DNA of 64,000 nt from Treponemataceae bacterium (GTDB taxonomy: Bacteria > Spirochaetota > Spirochaetia > Treponematales > Rectinemataceae), in contig CAXXHO010000003.1 of NCBI GenBank assembly GCA_963667725.2, positions 1,280,001-1,344,000 of the forward strand. Direction: 5' to 3'. This document shows positions 1 to 10,317 of the stretch, piece after piece. A program made the translations under genes and the position numbers. Numbering within the stretch: the stretch's first letter is position 1; each line of letters opens with the position of its first letter. The notes under the pieces are model-generated. The model worked only from the letters and a program-made list of their open reading frames with translations. It searched no databases and was not told the origin of the DNA.

Positions 1-748
1 TACGGCGATATCCTACGCCGTCGTGCTCCTCGACGCCGCCAACCGAAAGGAGATTACGCCGATACCGCATACCGACGGTTCCGAGCCTCTGCCCGGAACT
101 GGAGTCGCCCTCGTTGTCGGAGCGGGCACGGGTCTGGGCGTTGGATTTGTAGACAGGCACGCCGACGGCAGCTGCATAGTCTATCCTTCCGAGGGAGGTC
201 ATTCGTCCTTGCCTTGCTGGGACGATTTAAGCCTTGCCTTTTTCCGCTGGGTCCAGGCAAAAATCGGGTTTGATCCCGGCATCGAGCTGGCCGTGTCAGG
301 CCAGGGCATCGACAACATCTTTTCCTTCCTTTGTTCGGAAGCTTTCGATCCTCGTTCCGCCACTTGCCCGATAGACGCGGTCCCCGCCCCTTTCGCGCTC
401 TCCATACTCGCAAAACCCGAACATGAGCGTCCCGCTCTCATCGCTTCGAACAGGGAAAAGGACCCGCGCTGTTCGCTGGCCATGGAACTCTTCTGCGAAT
501 TCTACGCGCGGAAGGTTTCGAGCCTTGCCGCTTCTTTACTCCCCTCCGGAGGGATATACTTGGCGGGAGGCATCTCGTCGAAAAACGAAAGCTTCCTCCT
601 GGAAAACCATAGATTCATGCGGATTTTTGAACGCAACTATGCTCCCCACATAAGGGACTTGCTGGCTAAAACTCCGGTGGTGATCGTCAAGAACTACTCG
701 ATATCGCTCATCGGCGCCGCGAATGCGGCCGTTCAACTTGGGAGATAA
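1..748 (+). CDS. glk: Glucokinase, 5' end outside window
   Basis: Frame is open back to the window edge; glucokinase motifs VVGAGTGLG, YPSEGGH, AVSGQG, GGIYLAGGI and SLIGAA. Confidence 0.85.
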   Translation, partial: TAISYAVVLLDAANRKEITPIPHTDGSEPLPGTGVALVVGAGTGLGVGFVDRHADGSCIVYPSEGGHSSLPCWDDLSLAFFRWVQAKIGFDPGIELAVSGQGIDNIFSFLCSEAFDPRSATCPIDAVPAPFALSILAKPEHERPALIASNREKDPRCSLAMELFCEFYARKVSSLAASLLPSGGIYLAGGISSKNESFLLENHRFMRIFERNYAPHIRDLLAKTPVVIVKNYSISLIGAANAAVQLGR

Positions 749-753
749 AACCG

Positions 754-2349
754 ATGCAAGACATCTCCGCCGAACTGCGCAAGGACATGGAAGCCAAGGG
801 GATTGACGTTCCGCTCTCCCTTGAAATCCTCGAAAACTACAATGCCGGATACTATGACGAGGTTAAGCCGGTACGGGCAAAAGGCGTGCCTTTGATGGAT
901 GGGGTATCGGTCATTGACCTGAGGAATGCGACGCGCGAGGATAAACCGGTCTTTTCCTGCGACGCCGCGCAGGCTCAGGAAAATCTCGCGGTTTTTGGCG
1001 TGGATTTGTCCGGCTCGCCTTTCGGAAAGCGCGGCAGCGCCGTTGCCGGCGCCGACGCTTTAGGCAGGATTGGCTTCAGCGGTCCTGATCTTCTCTCGAT
1101 AGGGAAAGCCATACTTCCCTTCACGGCCTATGGCATTCTCAACGGCGGTTCGGCGACCAGCTATGCAGACGGCAAGAAAAACCTTGCCCTAGGCAAGGAA
1201 ACCTTCGAGGCTGTGGCCTCGGTTTTCGCTTCCATGGCTCCCCTATGCAGGGATATGCCCAAGGGCGTCACCCCCGCCTATATAAACCCCGACGGCAGTC
1301 CCGGGGCTAGTTTTCTCGAACTGAAGATGCGCGCCAGGCTCCTCCTCGCTGCTAGTCTCCAGCCTGCAAAAACCGGCAAGATCCTCCAAGAAGAGACAGA
1401 CGTTCAAAGCATGGAATTTCTCCCGCTTTTCCAGATGACAAGCATGTCCAACGACAAGACGCTCGCCGACTTTTACGAAAAAGCGCGTTCATCGATCTTC
1501 CTTCAACCGCTCGCGCGGAAAACCGGCTTGGATCCCGCCACTTGGCTGACCGGCATACAGCCGATGATCGCGGCCTTCAGCCATTCATCGGAGGGAAGAC
1601 CCAAGAGAATTTTCGACAAGGCATATGGAGCGGGAAATTCCTGCCTCCCTCTTCCCGGCGGTCACGGCCAGTGTTTCCGCGTCCTTCGCTCCATTTTCAC
1701 CGAACTCCATGAGAGGGGAATCCGTTATGCCTGCCTAGGCAACGTCGACAATCTCGGCTTTACCCCGGATCCCCTGGAGCTGGCGATCCTGGCCATCTCG
1801 GGCCGTCCGGCCGCCTTCGATTTCGCCGTCCGTACGCCCATGGACGTCAAGGGCGGGATCCTCGTCGAGACCTCGGAAAGCGGCCTCACCGTGGCTGACA
1901 TAGGCGCGGCCATAAGTTTTGAGGCGATGCTCGATCTCGAACGCAAAGGTTTTCCGATACTTTTCAATTGCGCCTCGGGAATTTTCGATCTCGATTATCT
2001 TGTGCCGAGAATTGAGGAGATTGCCAGAAGACTTCCCGTTCGATTCAGCGACCAGGACAAGGATGCCGGCAAATATTCGCAGGCCGAACAAGTCACCTGG
2101 GAGGTTACGGGAATCCTGCCGTCGTTCATCGCCTTCGCCGTCGAAAAGGAAGAACGATTTATCGCCGCCAAACTCCTCATCGATACGCTGCTGACGAGCG
2201 GCGTCGGCGCTGAGAATCTTGCCCTGCCCGAAAATATGAGAGCAACGGCGACCAAGCTGCACGCTGGCCTCGCGTCCTTGCTCAGGAATACCTATGGGCT
2301 TGAGCTTTCATGCGATAAGTGGACGCCGAAAGAACTTCTTTCCACGTAG
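754..2349 (+). CDS. UTP--glucose-1-phosphate uridylyltransferase, UDPGP (eukaryote/spirochaete-type) family
   Basis: 531 aa with ILNGGSATSY, PGGHG, GNVDNLG, DVKGG and FNCAS motifs; starts 5 nt after glk. Confidence 0.75.
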   Translation: MQDISAELRKDMEAKGIDVPLSLEILENYNAGYYDEVKPVRAKGVPLMDGVSVIDLRNATREDKPVFSCDAAQAQENLAVFGVDLSGSPFGKRGSAVAGADALGRIGFSGPDLLSIGKAILPFTAYGILNGGSATSYADGKKNLALGKETFEAVASVFASMAPLCRDMPKGVTPAYINPDGSPGASFLELKMRARLLLAASLQPAKTGKILQEETDVQSMEFLPLFQMTSMSNDKTLADFYEKARSSIFLQPLARKTGLDPATWLTGIQPMIAAFSHSSEGRPKRIFDKAYGAGNSCLPLPGGHGQCFRVLRSIFTELHERGIRYACLGNVDNLGFTPDPLELAILAISGRPAAFDFAVRTPMDVKGGILVETSESGLTVADIGAAISFEAMLDLERKGFPILFNCASGIFDLDYLVPRIEEIARRLPVRFSDQDKDAGKYSQAEQVTWEVTGILPSFIAFAVEKEERFIAAKLLIDTLLTSGVGAENLALPENMRATATKLHAGLASLLRNTYGLELSCDKWTPKELLST

Positions 2350-2380
2350 CCGAGCGAGGCTTTTCATATAGTAGGAGAAA

Positions 2381-4495
2381 TCAGCTCCTCTCCCGCCCCA
2401 CAGGGTTCGCGACTTTACGGATATTCACCCTAATGCCGTGCATCACGCAGGAAGTGCTTTCTTCCGTGCCTTTTGTCGAGGTGAGGTGGTTGGCTGAGCC
2501 GAGCGCTTTTTTTTCTCCCCATGGATCAATGCACCAGGTTCCCTCGGGAAGCGACACTACGCCCCTCATTATCGTCTTGGAAACAGCCACGGCAGCCACG
2601 GTCTCTCCCGTTTCGGAGATAATTTTCGCCATATCGCCTTCCGCCAACCCCAGGCCCTGGGCGTCGGATTCGTTCATTAAGAGCGTATTAAGCAGGATTT
2701 TCTCGGGGTAATCGGCGCCTTGCGAATGGACACGCCCGGCCATCTTGGGCGTGACGAGAAGCCAGGATGGTGGCGACGCCGCTGCATCCCGCGAACCAGC
2801 GTCCGGCCAGCCGGCATCCCTCCAACCGATCCAGCCCTTGCCGGCCCCGAACTCGATTTTGCCCGATGCCGTGCCCAAGGCATGCCCCGCAGGATCCGAG
2901 GCAAAGCTCGCCAGGCCGGTTCTTTCCTGATCCGCGCCGAAATATATTCCATCCCGCTTGAACGTCTCGAGATCGGGGATTTTCGATGATTCCAGGAAAA
3001 AATCTATCCACTCCTCGGCGCTTCGCCCGCCGGTAAATGCCCGCTCCGCGCCGAACCGCGACGCCAATTCCCTGAATATCTCGAAATCGGATCTTTCCTC
3101 AGCCTCATAGGGAAGGATTTGAGGTTTGTAGAGAACATAATTTCCCGCCCAGGGAACTCCGACATCCTCTTTTTGCAGGGGTGAAGCCGCGGGCAGAACG
3201 ATGTCGCAGTAAGCGGCCGTGGGCGTCATGAAGAGTTCGTGGCAGACAGCGAAATCCAGGGATTCGAAGGCTTTGATATTCTTGGCGATATCGGCGCCCT
3301 GATTGAGGAAATTGCCGCCGGCGGAATAAATGGCGTGGACGTTCGAGGCATAGGCGGGCTGACCTTCGAGGATGGAGTCCGCCCAGCGCAGCACGGGTAC
3401 ATGCCGGTTGCCGCTGCCGTCGCCTTCATCCATCGCCCCTACGCTGACTCCCGGCATCCGATTGTTGAGAGAACCCGAAGATCCTCCCGGAAGGGCGAAA
3501 TTTCCCGTAGCAAGCTGAAGGGCAACACAGAGTCGAGCCGCTTCTTCGCCTGTCTCGGTTCGTTGAATCGAGTATCCGGGAATAAGCATAGTCGGCCTTG
3601 TCGCCGCCCACCGCCGCGCCAGGTCCACGATGGTTTCGGCATTCACGCCGCATAGATCGGCGGCCCAGGAGGGACTCTTCTCGACGCCATCTATGGCGCC
3701 AGCGACATAGTCAAGAATTTCATCGAAGCCCACGGCTCTCGCTTCGATATAGTCCATATCCAATAGGTTCTGTTTTAGAAGCACATGAAGAACGGCGTAC
3801 ATGAAGGCCGAATCGGTGCCGGGCCTGACGGGAATCCACTCGGCCTGGACAGCTTCCGCCGTCTTCGTCCTACGCGGATCGATCGACAGTACGGGTACGC
3901 CCCGCCTTGCCGCTTCCATAAGCCGAGTCCCCATTTCCGCCCCGAGTCTTGCCTCGAGAATATTGGCGCCCCAGAGGATGATCATCGCGCTCTTGTCCAT
4001 GGTCGCCGCGTCGAATCCCGAACGGCCGTAATCCTGTCCGAACATTTTTTTCAACGCGAAACTGGCAGCATTGCTCGAATAGCTGCCGTCCAGGACGGTG
4101 CATCCGCCGATCGCGTTGAAAAATCGGCGCGTCAGTTTTTCGGTATTGTGAAGAGCTCCCGTGGAACCCGCGCTGGAAAGGCTGAGCACGGAATGCGGGC
4201 CGTGGCTTTCCCTGCAGGTAGACAGGCCATCCTTGATCCTATCAAGGGCTTCATCCCAGGCAATCTTCCGGAACTGGCCGGAACCGCGAGGACCAACCCT
4301 CAGCAGGGGCGTCTTCAATCGTTCGGGAGAATAATGAAAATGCGGAAGGGCAAACCCTTTCGGACAGCCCCGTATATAGGGACCCGCGGCCGGGTTGTGG
4401 CGGATTCTCAAAACCCTGCCCTCTTCGACTTCGGCGAGAAGAGGACAGGCGTCGCCTCCGCAGTCGCGGCCGCAAAAAACCGGCATTGTCGTCAT
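2381..4495 (-). CDS. Molybdopterin (bis-MGD) oxidoreductase catalytic subunit, DMSO reductase family
   Basis: N-terminal CGRDCGGDAC...GCPKG Fe-S motif; ERLKTPLLRVGPRGSGQF..IAWDEALD; IDPRRTKTA; PGTD; FMTPTAAYCDIVLPA; C-terminal molydopterin-binding domain. Confidence 0.9.
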   Translation of the reverse strand: MTTMPVFCGRDCGGDACPLLAEVEEGRVLRIRHNPAAGPYIRGCPKGFALPHFHYSPERLKTPLLRVGPRGSGQFRKIAWDEALDRIKDGLSTCRESHGPHSVLSLSSAGSTGALHNTEKLTRRFFNAIGGCTVLDGSYSSNAASFALKKMFGQDYGRSGFDAATMDKSAMIILWGANILEARLGAEMGTRLMEAARRGVPVLSIDPRRTKTAEAVQAEWIPVRPGTDSAFMYAVLHVLLKQNLLDMDYIEARAVGFDEILDYVAGAIDGVEKSPSWAADLCGVNAETIVDLARRWAATRPTMLIPGYSIQRTETGEEAARLCVALQLATGNFALPGGSSGSLNNRMPGVSVGAMDEGDGSGNRHVPVLRWADSILEGQPAYASNVHAIYSAGGNFLNQGADIAKNIKAFESLDFAVCHELFMTPTAAYCDIVLPAASPLQKEDVGVPWAGNYVLYKPQILPYEAEERSDFEIFRELASRFGAERAFTGGRSAEEWIDFFLESSKIPDLETFKRDGIYFGADQERTGLASFASDPAGHALGTASGKIEFGAGKGWIGWRDAGWPDAGSRDAAASPPSWLLVTPKMAGRVHSQGADYPEKILLNTLLMNESDAQGLGLAEGDMAKIISETGETVAAVAVSKTIMRGVVSLPEGTWCIDPWGEKKALGSANHLTSTKGTEESTSCVMHGIRVNIRKVANPVGRERS

Positions 4496-4511
4496 GATGA
4501 CGGCGATCTTA

Positions 4512-6866
4512 TCATGAACCGAAAGCTATTTCGATCACTTCCTCCATCCTGTGTACCGGATGGAAGCGAATTCCCTTCTTTACATGTTCGGGTATCTCGT
4601 CGACATCGGTTTGGTTGGCCGCCGGTATGATCAGATCCTTTATCTTGTTGCGTCTGGCCGCCACGGTTTTTTCCTTGAGCCCGCCTATGGGCAGGACCTG
4701 GCCGGTCAGGGAAAGCTCACCCGTCATGGCCAGCCTGTCCTTTATCTTCCTGTTTATGACGAGAGAAAGCAAAGCGGTGGCCATGGTGATGCCCGCCGAC
4801 GGTCCATCCTTGGGCGTTGCGCCTTCGGGAATGTGGAGATGGATCTGCTTGCCTTCGAAATAGTCAGCGCCGATATCGTACATCTCGGCGGCGACGCTCC
4901 GCACATAGGTATAGGCGATGCTGGCCGATTCCTGCATGACGGATCCCATCTGCCCGGTGAGCTTGAAGCCTTCCTTGCCCGGATTCGCCACGGCTTCGAT
5001 GATGAGCGTATCGCCTCCCATGCTCGTCCACGCGAGTCCCACCGACATGCCGGGCCTTGTCGCCCTCTTGATGTCGTCATCGCGGAATATGGGCTGCCCC
5101 AGGTACTTCTGCACCGCAGCCCTGTCGATGACGACCTTGGATCTTCCTTCCTCGGGCGTATCCAGCACGATGGCTTTCGCCAATTTCCTGTGGATCTTGT
5201 CCAGGCTTTTCTCGAAATTCCTGACGCCGGATTCTCGAGCGTAAGCCTCGGCGATATAGAGCAGCGAATCCCTCGTATAACGGACATCGCTTTTCTTGAG
5301 CCCGTTCTTTTCAAGGCTTTTAGGCACGAGGTAATGCCGGGCGATTTCCAGCTTCTCGCTGTCGACATAGCCCGGTATCTGGATGATTTCCATCCTGTCG
5401 ATGAGAGGCCGGGGAATCGTGTCGAGTGTATTCGCCGTCGTGATGAAGAAAATGTTGGAGATGTCGAAGGGCAAATCGAGATAGTGATCGCGGAAGCTGA
5501 AATTCTGCTCTGGATCGAGGGCTTCGAGCAGGGCGCTCGAGGGGTCGCCCTGATAGGACACGCCCATCTTGTCGATTTCGTCTATCATGAAGACCGGGTC
5601 TTTTGATTTGCTTATCTTGAGACCCTGGATAATCTTGCCGGGCAAGGCGCCCACATAGGTGCGCCTGTGTCCCTTTATCTCGGCCTCGTCCCTCATCCCG
5701 CCGACGCTGAAGCGGAAGAACTGTTTGCCCATGGCTCTGGCTATGGATCTGCCCACGCTCGTCTTGCCGACGCCCGGGGGACCGACGAGACAGAGTATGG
5801 AACCCTTGGAGTCTTTCTTGAGCTTCCGCACCGCAAGATACTCCACGATCCGGTCCTTCACGTCTTTCAGACCGTAATGATCGGCCTCAAGCGTCTCCTG
5901 GGCTTTGACCATATCAAAATCGTTCGAAAGCTCGGTCGTCCAGGGCAGGGAACAGATAAGGTCCAGCCAGTTCCTCGTCACGATATATTCGCTCGCCGAA
6001 GGATCCATCAGGTTGAACTTTTCGAGTTCCTGTTCCACCTGTTCCTTGACCTCCCCTTCGAACTTGAAGGAGTCGATCTTGGCCTTGAATTTCTGGTAGT
6101 CCGAACTTTTCGCGTCCGAAGGAAGCCCCAGCTCCTGTTTTATGGTCTTCAGCTCTTCCTTGAGGAAGTATTCCCTCTGGCTTTTCTCGATCTTCTCGTT
6201 GATTTCCGCCTGGACTTTCTTCTGGATCCTGAGCAGCTCCTGTTCTTTCTTGATGTATATGAGAACTTTCTCCATCCTTTCGCGGACATCAAGGGTTTCC
6301 AGCACCTTCTGCTGTTCCTTTTTATCGATGTTTAGAATGGAAGCGATGAAATCGGCGATTTTTCCGGGATGATCGATGTTGATCATGTTGAGGCGCATTT
6401 CCTCAGAGAAGAGCGGATTGTTCTCCGATACCTGCTTCATCTCGCTGAGGAGGGCTCTGGTGAGCGCCTTGATCTCGTCGGTGTCGTCGTTTATGTCGTC
6501 CAGATAGCTGACCGCCACGACGATGGGCGCTTCTTTGGACAGGAATTTCTTTATCTTGAAGCGCTTCAAGGTCGAGATAAATATGTTGATGCCGCCGTCG
6601 GGAAGGTTGATGCGCTTCACTATCTTGGCAACCGTGCCCACCAGGAAAAGGTTATCGGCTGAAAGCTGGTCCCCCTCTTCCCGGACAAGGACGAGGCCGA
6701 CCATTCCGTCTCCCGTAAGGGCCTGTTCGACTATCTGCATGTCCGGCGGGTTAGCTATCATTATGGGCGTGAAGATGCCCGGGAATATCGGGCGGCCGAT
6801 CAAGGTGATGACCGGCAGCTTGTTCGGCAGAATCTGGTCAATGGCGATTATTTCGTTGTCAGGCAT
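4512..6866 (-). CDS. lon: ATP-dependent Lon protease (LonA)
   Basis: GPPGVGKTS Walker A, GHRRTYVGALPG, PKDGPSAG catalytic Ser motif, IGGLKEK; AGGAG RBS before the ATG at 6866. Confidence 0.97.
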   Translation of the reverse strand: MPDNEIIAIDQILPNKLPVITLIGRPIFPGIFTPIMIANPPDMQIVEQALTGDGMVGLVLVREEGDQLSADNLFLVGTVAKIVKRINLPDGGINIFISTLKRFKIKKFLSKEAPIVVAVSYLDDINDDTDEIKALTRALLSEMKQVSENNPLFSEEMRLNMINIDHPGKIADFIASILNIDKKEQQKVLETLDVRERMEKVLIYIKKEQELLRIQKKVQAEINEKIEKSQREYFLKEELKTIKQELGLPSDAKSSDYQKFKAKIDSFKFEGEVKEQVEQELEKFNLMDPSASEYIVTRNWLDLICSLPWTTELSNDFDMVKAQETLEADHYGLKDVKDRIVEYLAVRKLKKDSKGSILCLVGPPGVGKTSVGRSIARAMGKQFFRFSVGGMRDEAEIKGHRRTYVGALPGKIIQGLKISKSKDPVFMIDEIDKMGVSYQGDPSSALLEALDPEQNFSFRDHYLDLPFDISNIFFITTANTLDTIPRPLIDRMEIIQIPGYVDSEKLEIARHYLVPKSLEKNGLKKSDVRYTRDSLLYIAEAYARESGVRNFEKSLDKIHRKLAKAIVLDTPEEGRSKVVIDRAAVQKYLGQPIFRDDDIKRATRPGMSVGLAWTSMGGDTLIIEAVANPGKEGFKLTGQMGSVMQESASIAYTYVRSVAAEMYDIGADYFEGKQIHLHIPEGATPKDGPSAGITMATALLSLVINRKIKDRLAMTGELSLTGQVLPIGGLKEKTVAARRNKIKDLIIPAANQTDVDEIPEHVKKGIRFHPVHRMEEVIEIAFGS

Positions 6867-6938
6867 AAAAGCTCCTGGGCATGATGTAGGTACGTTCACC
6901 GCATTGTTGAGCGGAGGTATTCATGTATCTACTACAAT

Positions 6939-7925
6939 TTAAGGAATCAGGAGGGTTTCGGCAAGGTTATAGTCGCGTTTCATCGCGACAGGGTCGAAGC
7001 CCGAGCCTCTGCTGCGCAGTGTCGCCGCAGCCGCGACATTGCCGAGACGCAGACATTGGGCGGCATTGAAATCCCGGAGCAAGGCTGTAAGAAAACCAGC
7101 GGAAAAAGCGTCGCCCGCTCCCGTGTCGTCGATCGGATCGATGCGGGATACCGCCGAATCGATCCAGACGCCCTCGCGCATCATGGAAGCGCCCTTCCCC
7201 GCCTTCTTCACTACCCATTCCGTTCCGCTGCCTGGCTCTATCGCCGCCAGACCGCCCAACGCGATGAACTCACTTTCATTGGCGAAGACGATATCGCAGC
7301 AGGTCTGCGCGAACTCCGTAAGCGCCTTCCCGTAGGCCTTCGCATTGGAAGCCGTGGAAATATCCATCGCGACCTTCATCCCCGCTTTCCTGGCCTTCCT
7401 GGCCTGTGTCGAAATCCAAACCATATCGTCGATGAGGAGACCGTCAATATAGAATATCCAGCCTTGGTGAAAGGCTTCAACAGGAATCTCGAATCCCCGA
7501 ATCTCCCTCGCCGCCCCGGGGCTCACGATGATACTCTTTCCGCCGGATTCCGCCGAGAACGAACAGAAGACGCCCGTTGACCTCTCCGAGGCTAGAAGGT
7601 GCGCGCCTATCCCCGCTTCCGCAAGTTCCCCGGCGAGGAATCGACCATGATCATCCCGGCCCACGCTGGCCCAGACTTCGGTCTCCATTCCAAGAGCCCG
7701 CGCCGCCTTGGCCATGATAGCGACGCCGCCGCCCATATTCCAGGAAACCTCGGTTCCATTCTCGCTGTCGCGTATAAAATCGCACAACTCTTCCATGAGG
7801 GCGGAAGGCACATGAGCGGGCGAAGGAAGCTTCCCCCAGCGCGCGGAAAAGGCGTCGGTCGCCTTCCCTATTCCATCCACGAGAATATGACCTATCGCCA
7901 TTATGCCTTTGGATCGCGAATTCAC
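6939..7925 (-). CDS. PfkB/ribokinase-family kinase (adenosine-kinase-like)
   Basis: GGG, VGRDDHG, FANESE and DTGAGDAFSAGF signatures. Confidence 0.85.
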   Translation of the reverse strand: MNSRSKGIMAIGHILVDGIGKATDAFSARWGKLPSPAHVPSALMEELCDFIRDSENGTEVSWNMGGGVAIMAKAARALGMETEVWASVGRDDHGRFLAGELAEAGIGAHLLASERSTGVFCSFSAESGGKSIIVSPGAAREIRGFEIPVEAFHQGWIFYIDGLLIDDMVWISTQARKARKAGMKVAMDISTASNAKAYGKALTEFAQTCCDIVFANESEFIALGGLAAIEPGSGTEWVVKKAGKGASMMREGVWIDSAVSRIDPIDDTGAGDAFSAGFLTALLRDFNAAQCLRLGNVAAAATLRSRGSGFDPVAMKRDYNLAETLLIP

Positions 7926-7991
7926 CTGACTTGACCCTCGTATGTAAATATGATAATTTCTGCAGGCTTCATCCTTATGGATGAGGCTTTC

Positions 7992-8065
7992 GGGCGCTTG
8001 GCTCAGCTGGTCAGAGCGGCTGGTTTACACCCAGTAGGTCGGGGGTTCGAACCCCTCAGCGCCCA
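7992..8065 (+). tRNA. tRNA-Val (anticodon TAC), CCA not encoded
   Basis: GGGCGCT acceptor stem pairs with AGCGCCC-A; D-arm GCTCAGCTGGTCAGAGC; anticodon arm GCTGG-TTTACAC-CCAGT; T-loop GGTTCGAACC. Confidence 0.95.
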
Positions 8066-8076
8066 TTCTCTCAGCT

Positions 8077-8625
8077 TCAATATCTAGGCATTCCGAGCAG
8101 CTGTGAATAGGGTTTCGCCTCAATGCTCGAAAGCGGAATGCCGCAGCGCTCGATTATCGCGAATAACTTCTTCTTAATGTTCTCCACGTCAATATCGACG
8201 CCTTCCTCATTCAAGGTTTCGACTTCGAGAAACTCACCCAGTCCATCGACGGCTACCAACTCAGCGATGATGCCCCCCTCGCCCCTCCAGGATGTGCCGG
8301 TCTTTCTCTTCTTGTAGAGAAGCTTGGCCGACATCTTATCCAGGAACTTCCTGAATGCCTGCGCGTCCAGTATGCCGAATTCCACTTCTTTGTTGATTTC
8401 GATGTTTTCGGTGTAGGTCTTTTCCTTGAACGTGACCGTCTCCCGCCCCGGCTCGGTGCGCAGCCTGAGGCGGAATCCTATCGCGGGGATGAAAGACGTC
8501 ACGACGGGAAGCGCGTAATATTCATCGTTCTTGTCAATTTCGCCCATATAGGTCATGAACGTCAAAAGCCTCTTCTCGATAAGGGTTCGATCGCTTACTC
8601 TGGCTTTCAGCTCAATTTCAAGCAT
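8077..8625 (-). CDS. cyaB: CYTH-domain protein (class IV adenylate cyclase/triphosphatase family)
   Basis: N-terminal EIELK (ExExK), RLRLR, GLGEFLEVE and terminal PYSQLL motifs. Confidence 0.85.
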   Translation of the reverse strand: MLEIELKARVSDRTLIEKRLLTFMTYMGEIDKNDEYYALPVVTSFIPAIGFRLRLRTEPGRETVTFKEKTYTENIEINKEVEFGILDAQAFRKFLDKMSAKLLYKKRKTGTSWRGEGGIIAELVAVDGLGEFLEVETLNEEGVDIDVENIKKKLFAIIERCGIPLSSIEAKPYSQLLGMPRY

Positions 8626-8643
8626 CGATGAATACGCTCCTGT

Positions 8644-10302
8644 TCAGTCTTTCATTTTCAGCACGGATTCGTCGTAATCCTCGGGGGGGACGAATCCCAG
8701 AAGCTCCACGCAGGTCGCGGCCAGACTGGAAATCCCCAGGCCCGAGTTCAGCGCTTTATCGTATTCACCTTTCGTCTCGGGGTCATAAATGACGCAGGGC
8801 ACAGGATTGAGGGAATGACTGGTCTTGGCTTTGGGGCTTCCGTCGGTTTCGAGCAGGGCTTTCTTCGTCTTCTTGTCGTGCTCGATCATATCGTCGGAGT
8901 TTCCGTGGTCGGCGGTAAGGATCATGACGCCGCCGGCTTTTCGTATGGCTTCCTCAAGCCTCCCAAGCTGTATATCCATGGATTCCATGGAACATACGAC
9001 CGACTGGAAAACGCCGGTATGGCCTACCATGTCGCCGTTGGGAAAATTGAGCCTGATGAAACGATATTTCCCCGATTCGATGGCCGTGATCACCCTGTCG
9101 GTGATTTCGGCGCATTTCATCCAGGGTCTCTGTTCGAAGGGAACGCGATCGCTCGGCACCTCGACATAGTCCTCAAGGGCTTCAGAAAACTTGCCCGTTC
9201 GGTTGCCGTTAAAGAAGTATGTCACGTGTCCGTATTTCTGCGTTTCAGAGATGGCCAGGGATTTTATGCCCGAAGCGGCGAGATATTCGCCCACCGTGCG
9301 GTCGATCGCGGGCGGCGTCACGAGATAGTTCCTTGGCACGCCGAGGTCGCCGTCGTACTGCATCATGCCGGCATAGAAAACCTCGGGCCGCGGACCGCGA
9401 TCGAATTTGGAGAAGCTTTCATCCTCGAAGGCATTGGTAATCTCGATGGCCCTGTCCCCGCGGAAATTGAAGTAGATGACGCTGTCGCCGTCATTGATGC
9501 GGCCTATGGGTTCCTTGTGGTCTATAATCACGAATTCGCCCATATCCTGGTCGATGAGCTTGGGATTCTCGGCTCTGTAGGTCTCGACCGCCTCCCTGGC
9601 GCTCGAGAAGGGGCGCCCAAGGCCTTTGACGTGGCAATCCCACCCGCGCTTCACCATGTCCCAATTGGCGCCGTAGCGGTCCATGGTGATGTACTGGCGG
9701 CCCCCTCCGGACCCGATCCGATAATCGAAGCCCCGGGCATTGAATCCGGCGAGAAATTCCTCGAAAGGGAGAATGTAGTCGAGAGCGCTCTGCGAGCCCA
9801 CGTCCCTGCCGTCCAGAAGGGTATGCACCCGAACGCGCTTTACGTCTTCCCTAGCGGCCTGCTCTATCATGGCCTTCAGATGGTCTATATGGGAATGGAC
9901 GTTGCCGTCGGAAAATAGTCCGAGGAAATGCAGCGTTCCGCCTTTTGTCTTCACCCCGGCTATGAGCTCCTGCCATACGCGGCCGCCGAACATGGCTTTC
10001 GTGGCAATCGAAGCGCCTACAAGCTTGGCGCCCTGAGCGAAGACCCTGCCGCAGCCTATGGCATTGTGCCCGACTTCGGAATTGCCCATATCGTCGTCGG
10101 AAGGAAGTCCGACAGCCATGCCGTGAGCCTTGAGCTTCGTCGTCGGGGATGTGGATTCCATGGCCCTGAAATGGCGCATATCGGCCTGGGCTACCGCATC
10201 GCCGTCCCTGTATTCGCCGTATCCCACGCCATCCATTATCACCAACAGGACAGGCCCGCGCCTGCCTTTCCAATTCGGGTTTCTATCGAGAGCTGTCAAC
10301 AT
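8644..10302 (-). CDS. gpmI: 2,3-bisphosphoglycerate-independent phosphoglycerate mutase
   Basis: IMDGVG, MGNSEVGHN, SDGNVHSH, LDGRDV, NFRGDR, ETQKYGHVTYFFNG, DMVGHTG and TADHGN motifs. Confidence 0.97.
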   Translation of the reverse strand: MLTALDRNPNWKGRRGPVLLVIMDGVGYGEYRDGDAVAQADMRHFRAMESTSPTTKLKAHGMAVGLPSDDDMGNSEVGHNAIGCGRVFAQGAKLVGASIATKAMFGGRVWQELIAGVKTKGGTLHFLGLFSDGNVHSHIDHLKAMIEQAAREDVKRVRVHTLLDGRDVGSQSALDYILPFEEFLAGFNARGFDYRIGSGGGRQYITMDRYGANWDMVKRGWDCHVKGLGRPFSSAREAVETYRAENPKLIDQDMGEFVIIDHKEPIGRINDGDSVIYFNFRGDRAIEITNAFEDESFSKFDRGPRPEVFYAGMMQYDGDLGVPRNYLVTPPAIDRTVGEYLAASGIKSLAISETQKYGHVTYFFNGNRTGKFSEALEDYVEVPSDRVPFEQRPWMKCAEITDRVITAIESGKYRFIRLNFPNGDMVGHTGVFQSVVCSMESMDIQLGRLEEAIRKAGGVMILTADHGNSDDMIEHDKKTKKALLETDGSPKAKTSHSLNPVPCVIYDPETKGEYDKALNSGLGISSLAATCVELLGFVPPEDYDESVLKMKD

Positions 10303-10317
10303 TGAAAGACTCCTTGC

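Noticed and set aside
2381..4495. Selenocysteine recoding in the molybdoenzyme
   Set aside because: No in-frame TGA; the ORF is continuous and the ligand position appears to be Ser
7992..8076. tRNA-Val as an integration site
   Set aside because: No integrase and no duplicated tRNA 3' end seen; flanked by housekeeping genes
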